The notes beneath the pieces are model-generated. The model was given only the letters and a program-made list of their open reading frames with translations, had not been told where the DNA came from and did not search any database. A DNA stretch of 64,000 nucleotides from Dimorphilus gyrociliatus (Eukaryota; Animalia; Annelida). The stretch spans positions 310,001 through 374,000 of the forward strand of contig CAJFCJ010000015.1 of the NCBI GenBank assembly GCA_904063045.1, read 5' to 3'. Shown in pieces: positions 45,147 through 58,451 of this stretch (position 1 is the first letter of the stretch; each line of letters starts with the position of its first letter). A program made the translations under genes and the position numbers.

Positions 45147-48100
45147 CGAATAGGTGCTTAGCTATTGGGGAAAAGGTTTATTTTAAATTGGAATTGATAG
45201 GTGCAGCAACAGAAGGAAAATACAAAAGAATAAAAGAGTTGGGCGTAGGGGAAAAAAGTGAGAGAGCGATAGAGCGAAAGAGCGAAAGAGCGAAAGAGTG
45301 AGAGATAGATAGGATGAGGAAGAATATTACGGTAAAAAGAAAACGAATATTAAAAGAAAAATATATTTATGCTGCCTATTTATTCTTCTTCGGAGCATAA
45401 TTTTGTATTTGTTAGTTTTTAGATAAAACAGCTAATTAATTCCCTAGTGGCGGGAAAAAAATTACTCAGTACTTGAGAAAAATTATAATCAATGTACTAC
45501 GACGATAAGAATCGGTTCGCATATATCTTAGATAATTAGATTACGGTATTTGTCTTATCAGGCGTACTGCATTTATTCTAATAATTATTTTACTATTAAT
45601 TTTCGTACTCGTTCAGATTTCTTCATTATCACATGATTTTATTTTAAGTTATGACACACAGATGGCGTACGCTTATTAAACTATATCTGTGAAAATACGA
45701 TAGATTATGAAACAGAGACAAGAATAGCTTACGCAAACAATACTTTCAAAGGGAACTACAAGAATTGAATTGAATTTTATGATTATTAAGAGAGAGGGAA
45801 AAGGAGTAAAAGAATTAGATAGAGAGAAAGGGAAAAACAATGAAAAAAACTTACGAGGTAAAGTGTGAATGAGGGAAATACGTAAAATAAGAGAGAAAAA
45901 AGTGAGATTAAGGTCAAGGTGTTGGAGGTAATATTATAAGATATGTAATATTGCTCCTCAGAAGAAGAGTGAAAGGGTTAAACAGCAAATAAACGGTTGC
46001 TAGATGAAAATTTTTTATCCTAGCCGAAGGCGAGAACAAACATTGTAATCGAAACCAATAATGTTGTATCGTGATGGGGGAATTGATGCCTTATTTTATA
46101 ATTATTATATTTACAAAGTATCTATACTAATAATGTCATAGATTATTAATATATTAAAAAAGAGAGGATATTTGGGTAAATTAGGCCTTTATCTTGCATG
46201 AAAAATTTGAATAGATAAATATTCGTTGCCACTAGTTCATTCATTAAATCATGATGTAAGTAATTGTTATATTTTTTTTTTATATATAAAAGAGTTTATA
46301 GAAATGTCTACATTTCGAGGAAATTAATGTCAACAATTTTTTACAAAACTGTTGAAATACATATAAAAGAAAAAGAAATCATCTATTAGAGAGAAAAGAA
46401 AGGAGACGCTTATTATGACTTGACCTTATCATCTAATTAACTAAATACCGCCTCCTATCTAATAATCGTATTATAAAAGACTATATTAAGTCAACAAGGA
46501 CTATTACACTTGGTAAATAATACATCTATGTACTGTACTATAGCATATGATAATTTGCATACTCAGTAGAATATATTAAAGCATATATTGTATATATTCT
46601 ACTATATCTACTACAGATGTACTGTATATATATATATATATATATATACTGTATATTAGTATATTGGTGATGTATGGGATGATATAAACTTATATATACT
46701 AATACATAAGTATATATGTTTTGTATATAATATATTGTTAATACGGTTTATATACATAAATGAATAGAATAGAGTTACTTTAAAGAGTTAATTGCGGTAT
46801 ATGAAAGAGTTTCATGATAAATCAGGCTTACTTAATATATTATATAGATTTGTGTGGGTGGTTATTTGATATAAAGAGAACTAACATCCGTTTAACTTTT
46901 AGAATTGTTTTTCAGAGATTTTCTAGGAAATTATTAGTAAATTATTTAAGAAATGTTTTGTTTCCAAAAGAACAAGTCATTAAAAAAGCAACAATCTATT
47001 GTTATTGTTATGATTTATAGTTGTTATTATTATTAGATATTATTCAAAATGTCCTTATTCTTTCTTTTAATATACTCTGTACATTTTGAAATATATATTA
47101 TAAGTTTTAAATATGATTTTGATATCTTCATGATTAATATAAACATGAATTTTTTTCTCTTCTCATGTTCTCAATGATCAGAAGCCTGTATCTCAGATGT
47201 ACAATGCCTATCCACATTCAAATGCTTATAAGTCGCCTTCTTTTACTGGGGCATCCTCCGCTAGTCCCTCAGGACGGAGCGACCAACTCCTACTCGTTCC
47301 TGAACTTACGTCCACATATACTTCTTCCTCATGCCTTTCAGTGCCGTCAACACTGGCCGTTGGCCAGGCATTCGATATGGCTAGACGGACTTCCAGTGGT
47401 TGTTCATCGATATTTGATTTAACCTCCGAGGGAGAGGCTCTTGAAAGAGCTATCCGGGACAATGATACACGCGCCACCAAACGGATAATCGAACAACATC
47501 CAGCTGATAGGAGTAGCAGGTACGTGACAACTACAAGTACTCCAAGAGAGTACTTTCACAACTAGAAAGATAAACTTTTACCATTCGCTATTTATCGTCT
47601 ATAATGATTAGTGAAAAAATATCTGCCTTTTTTAGCGAAAAGTTTATATTATACCTAGACGCCATCTGCCAGCAGTTATTAAAATTATATTGCAGATCAT
47701 CAATAGTATATTGACCAAAAATTATCTATGTTTAGCATTATTAAAGACATATGAAGATTCTTTACGTAATAGATATGGTTAATCTTTTCTACAACAATTA
47801 TGATAAAACCGCAATATAAAAAGGGGTGAAAAAAGCTTCAACAGCTCCTTCTTTAGCGAAATGTAATGCCTCTATTTAAAGTATAAACAGCGAAGAGAAA
47901 AGGAAAAGAATAAAAGAAAAAAGGAAGAAAGAAAGAGAAATATGGAGATAGACAGAAAGTATAGAAGATATAAAGCTTTTACCTAGTGAAATATTAATCC
48001 ATAATCCTAAAGTTATGATAATCTCCTCTTAACTTGTTATATTGAATATTTGAACGATTTATCTTTAATGTATTGTTTATTGTATAGAGTATATTAATTA

Positions 48101-51100
48101 ATGTGTATATAGCGTATAGAATTATATAAACATTATGTAAAAATTATAGTGAAGCTTTAATGATTTCTTTTTTCAAACGAATTTTCTAATAATTATAGTA
48201 CATCCTAGGGGTAAGAGTTTATTAGTGTGGCATACATACTTGGACTTTGTTCGTGCTGCTGGGCATTTTTTTTTCATCCATGACTTTGGAATTCTCTATA
48301 TAGAGAATGGTGTGTAAGCGATAGGGGGGTGGAGGGTAGGAGAGGAAGTTAAGGTCATGAACTTTTTAGGTTTGCTCATAATAGCCGTACAAAAGAGAAA
48401 CGGCTACACTTAATTAAAAGAATAGCATTCAGCTAAATTATTTTGTAATTTTTCAGTTGGAGTAGTGGTCCGTATGGTAGTAGTGCTGTTAGTGGGGGTG
48501 GGAGTGCTGGAGCTAGTGCACCTGGAAGTTCGGGCAGCGGAGCAGGAGGAATAGACCGAAGAGAAAGCTATGATCCTGGTAGTGCACTTCATGTAGCTGT
48601 TCAACATGGAGCTAAGGATGTACTTGAACTTCTTCTTAAGTTTGGCCTTGATCCTAACGATCCAGGCTGCCCGCTCGGTGCCATACCAAGAGGTGGCGCC
48701 GTGGATAGTGAAAACTGCAGCTCAGCATCCAACTTCCCATTCGATGTACTCAAGTGTCTACCGCCCTTATTTTTGGCTGTTACGGAAAAGAGGTGAGTAG
48801 AAGGAAGAGAGAATAAAAAAAAGCATCTTTTAGGGAAAACTACTTTAGTAGCGAGAAGAAAAACCTTTTCCCTTCGGAAAAAAAGTAAAATCGAACTGTT
48901 TCAGACAATAATCCGCTAACATTTCTTAAGTAAAACCTTCGAATTGCGGTAATTGTATAATTGATGCCGTAAAAGAGGCTTGTATTTTGGACTTTAGTAA
49001 AGATAAAGCAAAAATTGAAATTCACTGGTTTTTAGTCGTTAATTTATATGATATATTTTTCTTTGATTTTAAATTTCTTGGAATATCCTAGTCACGTAAT
49101 TTGATTGGATATTCTTTAAGTAGTCACATTTCTAAATAATGTGAAATTCTCCTCATTTGTTGCTCTAGAAACGAATTAATATTATAAAGAGAGAACGCCA
49201 TTCTGGAATTAGTTTATTCCCGATTAATTGCAGCTGCTTAATGCCTACCAACGATAGCTGGGCCACGCAAACCGAAATAAGTTATTAAGGGTAATTAAAT
49301 CGACCTCTAGATGGCGCTACTTAACATTTATTTTTGCTTAAAAGCTTTCTATTACCCTTCGAGAAATCTTAGTCTCTATTAGGTTTTTACTTAATTTATT
49401 AAACAGCTCTTCTGTTCGAATTTCTTAGGTCGTGGTTAGAATAATGTCTAAATTTGCAATTATTCTTAATTAATAATTAATACACGATAAGAAAAGGTAT
49501 TGATAAGGCAATGTTACATTCTATCCTTTTTCAGGCCTAATTGTGTGAGAGTTTTGCAAAGTCACGGAGCGAATCCTAATATTCGTGATTCTCGAACTGG
49601 ATGTTCTCCATTGCATTTAGCCGCCAGTAACGCTTTCAGATGCGCCGATTGCGCGAGAGCGCTTCTGTCAGGTGGCGCCCGACTCTGTTTAGCCGACAGA
49701 AGCGGAGTAACGCCTCGGCAATTACAACCCGAACTCGTCGAGGAGCAGCGACGTTTAATTTACGACGCCTTGGCTAGGATCGCCACTTCCGCTTATTTGA
49801 GTGTTATACCTCAGAGTTCAGGTGATACTGGTGGTGACTCGCTCTCCATAGGAGCCCGATTTTTTCGACGACTCGGCAGCGACTATTCTAGACAAAAAAG
49901 AAGTAAAGACTCTGCTAGTGATTACGGACCTAGTACTCAAAATAGGGATAGGACCTCGTCCTTAACTTCAGCTAGGTCGAGGTGGAGTCTTAACTTTCGT
50001 TTCTCGGCTTCACCGCCACCTAATTCCTATAGAGAGGAGAGTATGTGCGAAATGGAACATTCCTGTAGATCTTCCGATCCCGAAAGGGTAAGTTTTTTTC
50101 ATTTTACTCATATATTCATTCTCTGTACCTGTTTTGCCTGGGGAAATTTGTTTACCTGTTTAAGCCTAACAGATTGTTGAGTATTTGTAGAAGTAGAGAG
50201 GCTACCCAATCATTAGTATTTGATTATATCACTGATACGGAATAGATAACTCAAAATAAGTAGGGCTGGTTCTTATATCAACAACCTTGCGTTGAAGGGG
50301 AATAGGAATTGATGGCTTATTAAAAACTCATTTTGGATATTTTTCAATATTCGTCTCTTTGTTTTATATTTTATTTAGTAAGAATAAATCGGCAAAAATG
50401 TAAGAGACCATTTGCCAGCGTCTAAATAACTATGTTATCTAGGAAAAAAATCATTAATTATATATGGACGGCCAGAGAACGGAAGTATATAGCATAAACT
50501 TTACGGTCGAGACGTTTTTGACTGAAACTGATTAATATTTACATTTAATTTCTATTCCTTTTACCCGATTTTTTTAAAAATAGAAACTATCGAAGAAGAA
50601 AGAGCAGATTTAGCCTAATACTTCTATATAACAAGTCTTCTCTCTTCTATTCTTGTTTTTTTATTTGCAATAGTCGTTATTTCATTCTCCGGAAGGAAGA
50701 TGCTAGCAAAATGTTACAATTTGATCTATAAAATCAATACTATACCTATTTAAATAGTAAAAAAAAAAAGAAAAAAAAAGGGAAACGTCAGCTCTCATGG
50801 AAAGAAGATTAGGAAAAGCTAAAGAATTTAAGATGCAAAAAAAGAAAAAATAATAAATAATTTAACAAAGTTCACCAATTAGAAACAAATTCTTTATATT
50901 TAGATCGTTTTTTATGACGAACTTTCCTTATAAATGAATAGTTTAACTAGGTGGTAATTTTCTCTTTTTTACATCCAATTTTTATAGTAAGTTTATACAG
51001 CTCTTATGACTTTTCTCTTTTTTCATTATTCATAAGATATATGGTTGAAATTCTATCTGATATTTGGAGAATAAGGGAGGAAGAGAGAAAAAGAGAATGG

Positions 51101-51129
51101 AATAGAGAGTAGTAGTACAGATAATACAG

Positions 51130-51161
<32 letters not shown>

Positions 51162-54100
51162 GTTAAAGGACAACATTAGAGAAAACTAATAACACTAGAA
51201 AATATTGGACTAGATGTAAAAGAGGGGCAGGTATGAGTTTAAGGTAGAGAGAAAGGAAATATATATCTATGCAGTATTGACTCAAATCGTATGTAATCAC
51301 GTGACTACCGTAGAAAAATATGCCAATAAATTACTCACGAAGTCGGTTTATTTCGACTACAGAAATGAGACGGGTGCTATCCGTCAATCGACGATACTTA
51401 AGTTGAATATCTGTACACCAACGCCGCTTTTCTCCTCTTCAGAAACCGTGTTAGTTGCTATTTTTGGAATTAAAGAATCCGGCTATTCTTTTTTATCCTG
51501 TGGTGAAAATGCTAAAGAATTCTCCCTTTTTGCTAATCTAGCAACCCTTTACTACCGCTTTTACTTCTCTTCCTTTCTTTCAATTTCGGTTATTAGTAGA
51601 GTTTTAATATTGACAAAAAAAGGGAATAAAACGGCCAATAGAACCAATCAATGTTCGTAATTCAGAAACCAACGCCATCGATAAAAAATCCATCTTTTTA
51701 CTCACACTCTCCTAGATAATATATAAACCGCTCAAGGCGTCTAATCTTCGACTAAAAGCGTCTCTTTAGGCCTATAAAAAAGAAGGAAAATAGAAAATCA
51801 CCTAGTAAAGTCGATAGGGATCATCTAATTATAATAGTTGTGTGTAAAATGAGATGCACTTAGAGCCATGACAAAACCATGAAATTAATGTTGCGTAAAA
51901 TAAAGCATTATATAAATAATTTCATATGATATTGTTTAGTATTAATAAATATATCAATAAAGAAAGACAAAATATTCCGTACTACATCTATAAATTATAT
52001 ATTGACTTTCCATTTTACTATATAAACTATTTAAGAAAGTAGACAAAATTCCTAAAAGAAAGAAATAGAAATAATAAAAAGAATACGTTATCAAGAACAA
52101 TTGAATCTACTAATCAGACTGGCTCATAAAATACCTATTTTGGTTTATTTAATAACGTATTTAATACCTTATTAAGAGAGGATTGGGTATCGTTAAGTGA
52201 ATTGAGTAGGACCGTTTCATTTTTTTGCTCTAATAAAAATTTATTCCGTCTTTTTTGTTTTTTTTTCATAAATTTATTACTTTTTATTCTATTTAATTAA
52301 CCCGGCTTTAAACTTTTTGACCTTTACATAGGGCTTAATTTTGTTGATAAATTATAAATTAGTGGAAAATTTATGAAAGATAAGTAATGTTAATTAACAA
52401 TATAGAAACACGATTAACTACATTCCTCTTCTTCCTTTTGCATTTGCATAATCAAAAGAGTGAATGTCTGCTAAAGTAACGTACATCAAAGCATAAAAAA
52501 TGTATAATAGAAAAACAATGAGAAACATCTACACGAGTGGGACGGATAAGAGTGGGAGGCGGGGAGAGAGAGAGAGAGAAAGATAGAAAGAGAGAGAGAG
52601 GATATTAAATGTTAAATATAGGCTGTTTTTTAATTCTATATACTATGTATTACATGTATTATATTATACAGTATATATTTAAGCATAACTATACAAAATA
52701 TTTTCTTTTATTAATTAAATAGTCTACCTGATTAGAAATACGTTTGATAAAGCATTTAAAGAAAATGATATATATATATATATATATATAGATTTATGTA
52801 TGGAACTAAATATTTCTTCTTTAAATATATAATATTACAGATGCTTAAAAATTAAGCCCTTCATAATTGATTAATTATAATGAAATTTTTCAAATGATGT
52901 CGAAATTGATACTATACAGATTGTGGCCTGTTTCTAGGTGTATTCATTTCAAATAAGTAAATACTCATTAAATATACTGTATATACATTTATAGTTTTAA
53001 ACAAAATCAATCATTTAATTTATTCTTTATTAAAGTAATAAATAAAGAATTAAATAAAACACGCTTGAATGTACACTTTTCTTATATATATATATATATA
53101 CATGCATATATACTGTATATGTTAATATATTATATAGTAGGAGAGTACCCCCCCATCCTTTCTTTTAACTTTCGCATGAGAATTTTCTACATAAGAAAAT
53201 CTTGTTGTAAATATAAAGCACTATCAGGCAAGAATAACCTGTAGAAAGTTCGTGACTTTTAAAATAGCTCTAGAAAAGGAGATTCCATCACCCGCTATTA
53301 CTCATCCTTTTATAATGGATTATCATACGAGAGTCTCTTCGTGTTGGATTGTTAAATTTTTTTGCTCGAATTTCACTTCTAGCTAGTGTAATTCCTAATT
53401 ACAATATTCTATCTCATTTTTTTATGCATAAGACGTTAATTTTCATATTTTTATAGCTGTAATAGCAATAGTTTCTTTTCATAAAAAAAAGACATATAGT
53501 AAACGAATCGTGATCTCTTTTCACCTCACTTATATCTATTAGAAAATTTAGTAAGGAATATTCGAAAACAACGGACTAATTTCTGCACGTTGCATGGATG
53601 TAAAAAATTCTATTAAAAAAAGTACAAACAAAACACAAGTAATGTTATTTATTATAAGTATGGGATAAAAAAAAAAGAGGAGGGAGGGAGGGGAGGGAGG
53701 AAAAAGAGAGAAAATGAAGGGGAATGAGAGGAGATATAATTTTTTTATAATTTGGCTAGAAAGAGAAATTACTGTTGGCGTGTTTAGTAAATTTTTTTTA
53801 TATTTATCAATATAGGTTAGTTTTTATTCAAAGTAAACTTTGAAAGAAAAATTGGCTGTGGAGTTCGATGAGTGTATTCAGAATATGGATATTTATAGCG
53901 GAAGGGCTAGAGATTGAGAGAAAAATTTCCGAGTGAGTATAGAGACAGAGGGAATTTTTTCCTAAGAGGGAAAAAAGAGAGACACATTAACAGAAGAATG
54001 ATACACGAGTAGGAGCAGAGAAGGTGCAATATGTGGGAATTTACTTGGAGTTTACTAAAATAGCAAATTGGAAGTGTTCGAAAATTAGAACCAATTGAAT

Positions 54101-57100
54101 AGAATGTTCCGTACTTAAATCGCTTTGCACGCAATAAAACACAAGAACACAAGGGAAAGAAAGGCACTGTTAAAGGAAAAGACCTGTTAACAATTGAAAA
54201 AACGCTTTTAGGCATAGTTAAGGACTAAGACTTATACAGAGAGAGTAGAGGACAGATGGAGCGTTATCTTTATTAAGTCGAAAAAGAGAACAGAAACAGA
54301 TAGACATTTTTCTTTTATGCCCACTGACTTTCTCCTACTATATGCATTTGATTTCTCTTTTAAATAGAATGTCACGTGACAGAAAAGGGAGGAAAGAAAC
54401 ATAATCACAGAAAAAAAATTTGTTCGATTTTTAAATAACTGCTACCATGGTAACAAAAAATTGTTTTGAGTACTTTTGTACAAAACAATTTTTTTTCGTG
54501 GGCCTATTAATTATATTAATTATTTTTTTAAAAACTTTGTAACTCCTAATTAGTGACAGAAAAAATAATTAGAAAAAATATCACGTGATCAAAAGATAAC
54601 AAAAGGAAATATAAAAAAAGAAAAGAAAAGAGAGATATTTTTGGTATTCGCATAGTTTCTCGAAGTATACAGTAAAGTTAGATAGGAGAAAATAAAAAAA
54701 AACAACCACGTTCCGGTCATTATTAAATGCCAAACAGAGTATTTTGATTTCAATGGTAAAAGCTTGTTTATATTCATGTATTTGATTTGTTTAAAAGGAG
54801 AAAAAAAATTGATATATTAGCATCTTATAGCATCTTGTATTGGATTTTTCTTTTTTAATTATAAAGTATAAAAGTGTCTTTAATAATCAACTAACTAGTT
54901 CATATTTACTCCTATATATATATATATATACTGTATAAATTTATATATGAGAATATATAAATGTATGTATTAAGGACGGTAAAGAGGACTTAACCGAAAA
55001 GAAATATGATTATATTTGCTAATCATATTGGAAATAATATTCTATCAACTGGTACTAATTGGGAAAATTATAGTGGAAAGCAACTATGGCCCTTTTTTCT
55101 CTTATACTCTTTCTCGTCTTTGTTATTACTGTATTTCAAAGAATAATTTAATTAATATTCATGTTAAATCAAATTATCACAAAATAACTCAAAGAATTAT
55201 TGATAACAATTGTCTAATGTGAGAGTGTATAGAACGATTTTATAGGATCCAAACAAAACTCTCCTTGATCATAAAGGACAATAAAAAAGATCGTGTGACC
55301 GCAACCTGAGCTAGTTAAAATAATGGCTTTATGGAGCTATATGCTCCCCGTACTTGCTCCTCTTAAATGCAATAAGAAAAGCCACGTGACCAACAACCTA
55401 AGCTAGTTAAAACAATGGCTTAGCAATCGGAACTGTCAGCTCGAGAGGTCAGCTGATCAAATAGAACCGTCTAGGACTGTTATACTGCTAATTTTTAAAT
55501 GGAACGAGAAACGGTAAATCATTCAAAAATAGATGATGACTCTACATACGAACAACATATAAACTCTATATAGATCTTCTAAAAGTAAACAAATGACAAG
55601 TTTAGTTGACAGAACATCAAGGGATAGTTTAAAATATTCCTTTTCGTTTTTTTTATATCTTTAGGGTAGATGCAAATAAATATTCTAATAAAAATAGTTT
55701 TTATGCCTTTTGTAATCGTAATAGACGCATGTTAAATATATAATCAAGCTTTGGCCTATTTGGTTATTAAATATATGTATATTGTTGAAAAAAATATGTA
55801 CTCTATTGGCAATTTATTCGAATTTGTATATATATATATTTATATAATTACTGTAGATTTGCATATGTAAAATTGTTTTTTTTTAAATTGATTGTATTGT
55901 TCATGGGAGAAGCTTGATAAAACCAATGATAGCGTTAAGGAAAACCTTGGGGTTTTTTTCCCATAACCGCCGCGTCTTTTTTCCTATTGATTTTTCGCCT
56001 TCTCGCGTATAAAACAGGGCTTTATCCTTGTACAGAAGCGTTCAAGGCCATTAGTCTTTTTAAGGAGGCGAATAAAGTAGAATAGTTAGTTTGTAGGGAA
56101 GATATACAACTATAATTGGTACCTTGTATAGTTAAAAATTAAAATTTTGTCCTGTATTAAAGAGAGGAATACGTTTCTCTTATACTAGACTTATTTAGAC
56201 GGCCGGAAGAAAAGTCGCAGGCTTATATTGAAAATCGTTAGGAATTTTATTTGGTTGGTGGCCGCCTGATTTTTCTTGTTTAACTGGCTGTCTAAATGAT
56301 ATTGACTCTTGTTATATATACAGTATATATTATACATATACAATCTATACAAACATACTGTACATAGGTATACAAATATCCATGTAAATGTATATACAGA
56401 TACTGTACATATATATATACTATATATAAACATATATATATATATATATATATATATGCTGTATATTAGTATCTACAATATCTACACTTTATATGTATAC
56501 ACAAACATCCATACAATATAATATGTCATATGGTATATAGATAAATCTATAAATGCTCTAATACAGAAATATATTTGTGTACTCACGTGCTCTTATAAAT
56601 TTTTATTTATTTCTCTTTTTTATTATGCTAATTATGTAAAACAAGGCTATAAACAGCTACTTCCGAAAATAATCACCCAACTAACCCAAGGCTCAATTGA
56701 CCAGTGAATTACTTATTAAAAAGAAAAGAGCTGTTGATTCTATTCTAAAAGGGCTGTGACGTCATTTACGAATGATGAAAGTAGAAAAAAAAATCTGTTT
56801 GCTTTCTAATAATTTTCCTATTTTTTCCATTACTCTTTCCATTCGCATTACCGTTATTTTTTTTTCGTTCTTATAACTCTTTTTAAACTGTTAAGAGAGC
56901 CTTCAAAAACCATATGCATTCATTTATTTATTCATCTATATTAAAATGTAACGGTTTCATAATCGATTTTTGAGTGGCTATTTTCCGCAAGAGAGGAGGC
57001 GACGTCCCTATTATTAAGCTTTCAAGTATCCAATGCCAGTGGATCCAAAACTAAAAAAGAATTACAGATAGCCTCCTTAAGCTGAGGCATCTCAAAGAGA

Positions 57101-58399
57101 GAGAGAGAGAGGAGGGGGGGTCTTTTTTTCTTTTAGAATAAAACTTAGAAGAAAAAACAAAGATTACCTAATTTAACTGAAGAGATAGAAAAATAAATAT
57201 ATATGTTTTTTTTCCTATTTAGTCGATTTGGAAAAGTAAAACTTTTTCCAAATCGAGAAAAACCGTGATCAAAGAAGTTGATTGTATTTCGTGACAAGGC
57301 AACACAATAAACTGAACAAAATAGTTTGTCACACTTTGTCGTAAAGCTATACGGTGCTTGGTTTCTTTTTACTTTTGTTTGTTATTTCTATAGTAAAGAG
57401 AGAAAAGAGTTGGTTAATTTTGTCTTGTTAGTTTCAAGTAAAAGTATTTAGAATACTTTTTTTTAAAACAATAATTGAATAAGAAAAGAAAAAGTTATTC
57501 TTAAAAAAGAGCTGTTTGTTCCCAATAAAAAGAAAACAAAAAGTCTGAAAGGTGAAAAGTGATAGCGAGGGAAGAAATTTATAGTAACGTGATAGACGCT
57601 ATGTGTACGGTTGAAGAGAATCTATTTTTTTCCATTACGTAAACCTCAAGTAAAAGAGGAGGAAGAAGAGACAGATAGATGCATTGACGGATGGATGGAT
57701 GGATGGATAGAAGAGAAAGAAAGAAAAAGAAAGAAAAGGGGAAAGAGAGGAGAGACAAATAGATAGATAGTGAGATAGAAAGAGAGAGGGGAGAGGTGGG
57801 AGGAGAGACATAGACAGAAAGAAGGAAGAGAAGAGTCGGAGAAAGTAAAAGATGATAGGAAATTCAGCAAAACTAAACTAATACCTATTGTATATCTATA
57901 TATTGTATTAGCATGTGCCTATTAAGTATATTATACAAAATATGTAAGTAAAACTATGAATTTTTTATCTTTAGTGACGTAATTTAAAAGTATTTTATGT
58001 ATTTTCCCGGGGAATATAATAGTTGATAAGCTTTCATATGCTCAGTATTTTTCATTTCTTCGCATATTTTCTTTATTTCCCTATTGATTTGAAAAAAAAT
58101 AGAAAAGAAACCCTTTCTATATTGTTAACCAATAATAAAGTGTAAGCTAGGTAAGAAGAAAAGACGTCTAATGTCTAGTTTAAAGCGAAAGAAAGACGGA
58201 AAGACTTTTTCTTCCCCACCCGTTTCGGAATATAATTCGGCAGAGTAAACATGAAGGCCAATAAAGAATGAGAATTGCGTCGATAAGACGGTAAATATGA
58301 AACGATCGTAATCAGTCGGTTCTGACATGAAACTTATGGCTGGTATTTCGCTCGTTTAAAACTTAATAAAGACTATTAACTAGAAAAGTTACCATTGGA

Positions 58400-58451
<52 letters not shown>

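Noticed and set aside
46620-46653. Resemblance of TACTGTATATATA... to the bacterial LexA SOS box
   Set aside because: Eukaryotic context; the spacing and orientation of CTG/CAG vary, which fits independent footprints in TA repeats better.
51277-51660. 127-aa plus-strand ORF in the ankyrin-gene intron
   Set aside because: TTG start, no recognisable motif and no convincing splice sites in phase with the flanking exons; may be regulatory DNA.
55295-55421. CRISPR-like repeat-spacer-repeat
   Set aside because: Only two imperfect copies, no cas genes, and an animal genome.
58125-58328. 67-aa minus-strand ORF and a short plus-strand ORF (MSSLKRKKDGK...)
   Set aside because: No domain, and the possible donors are out of phase with the 59045 exon.
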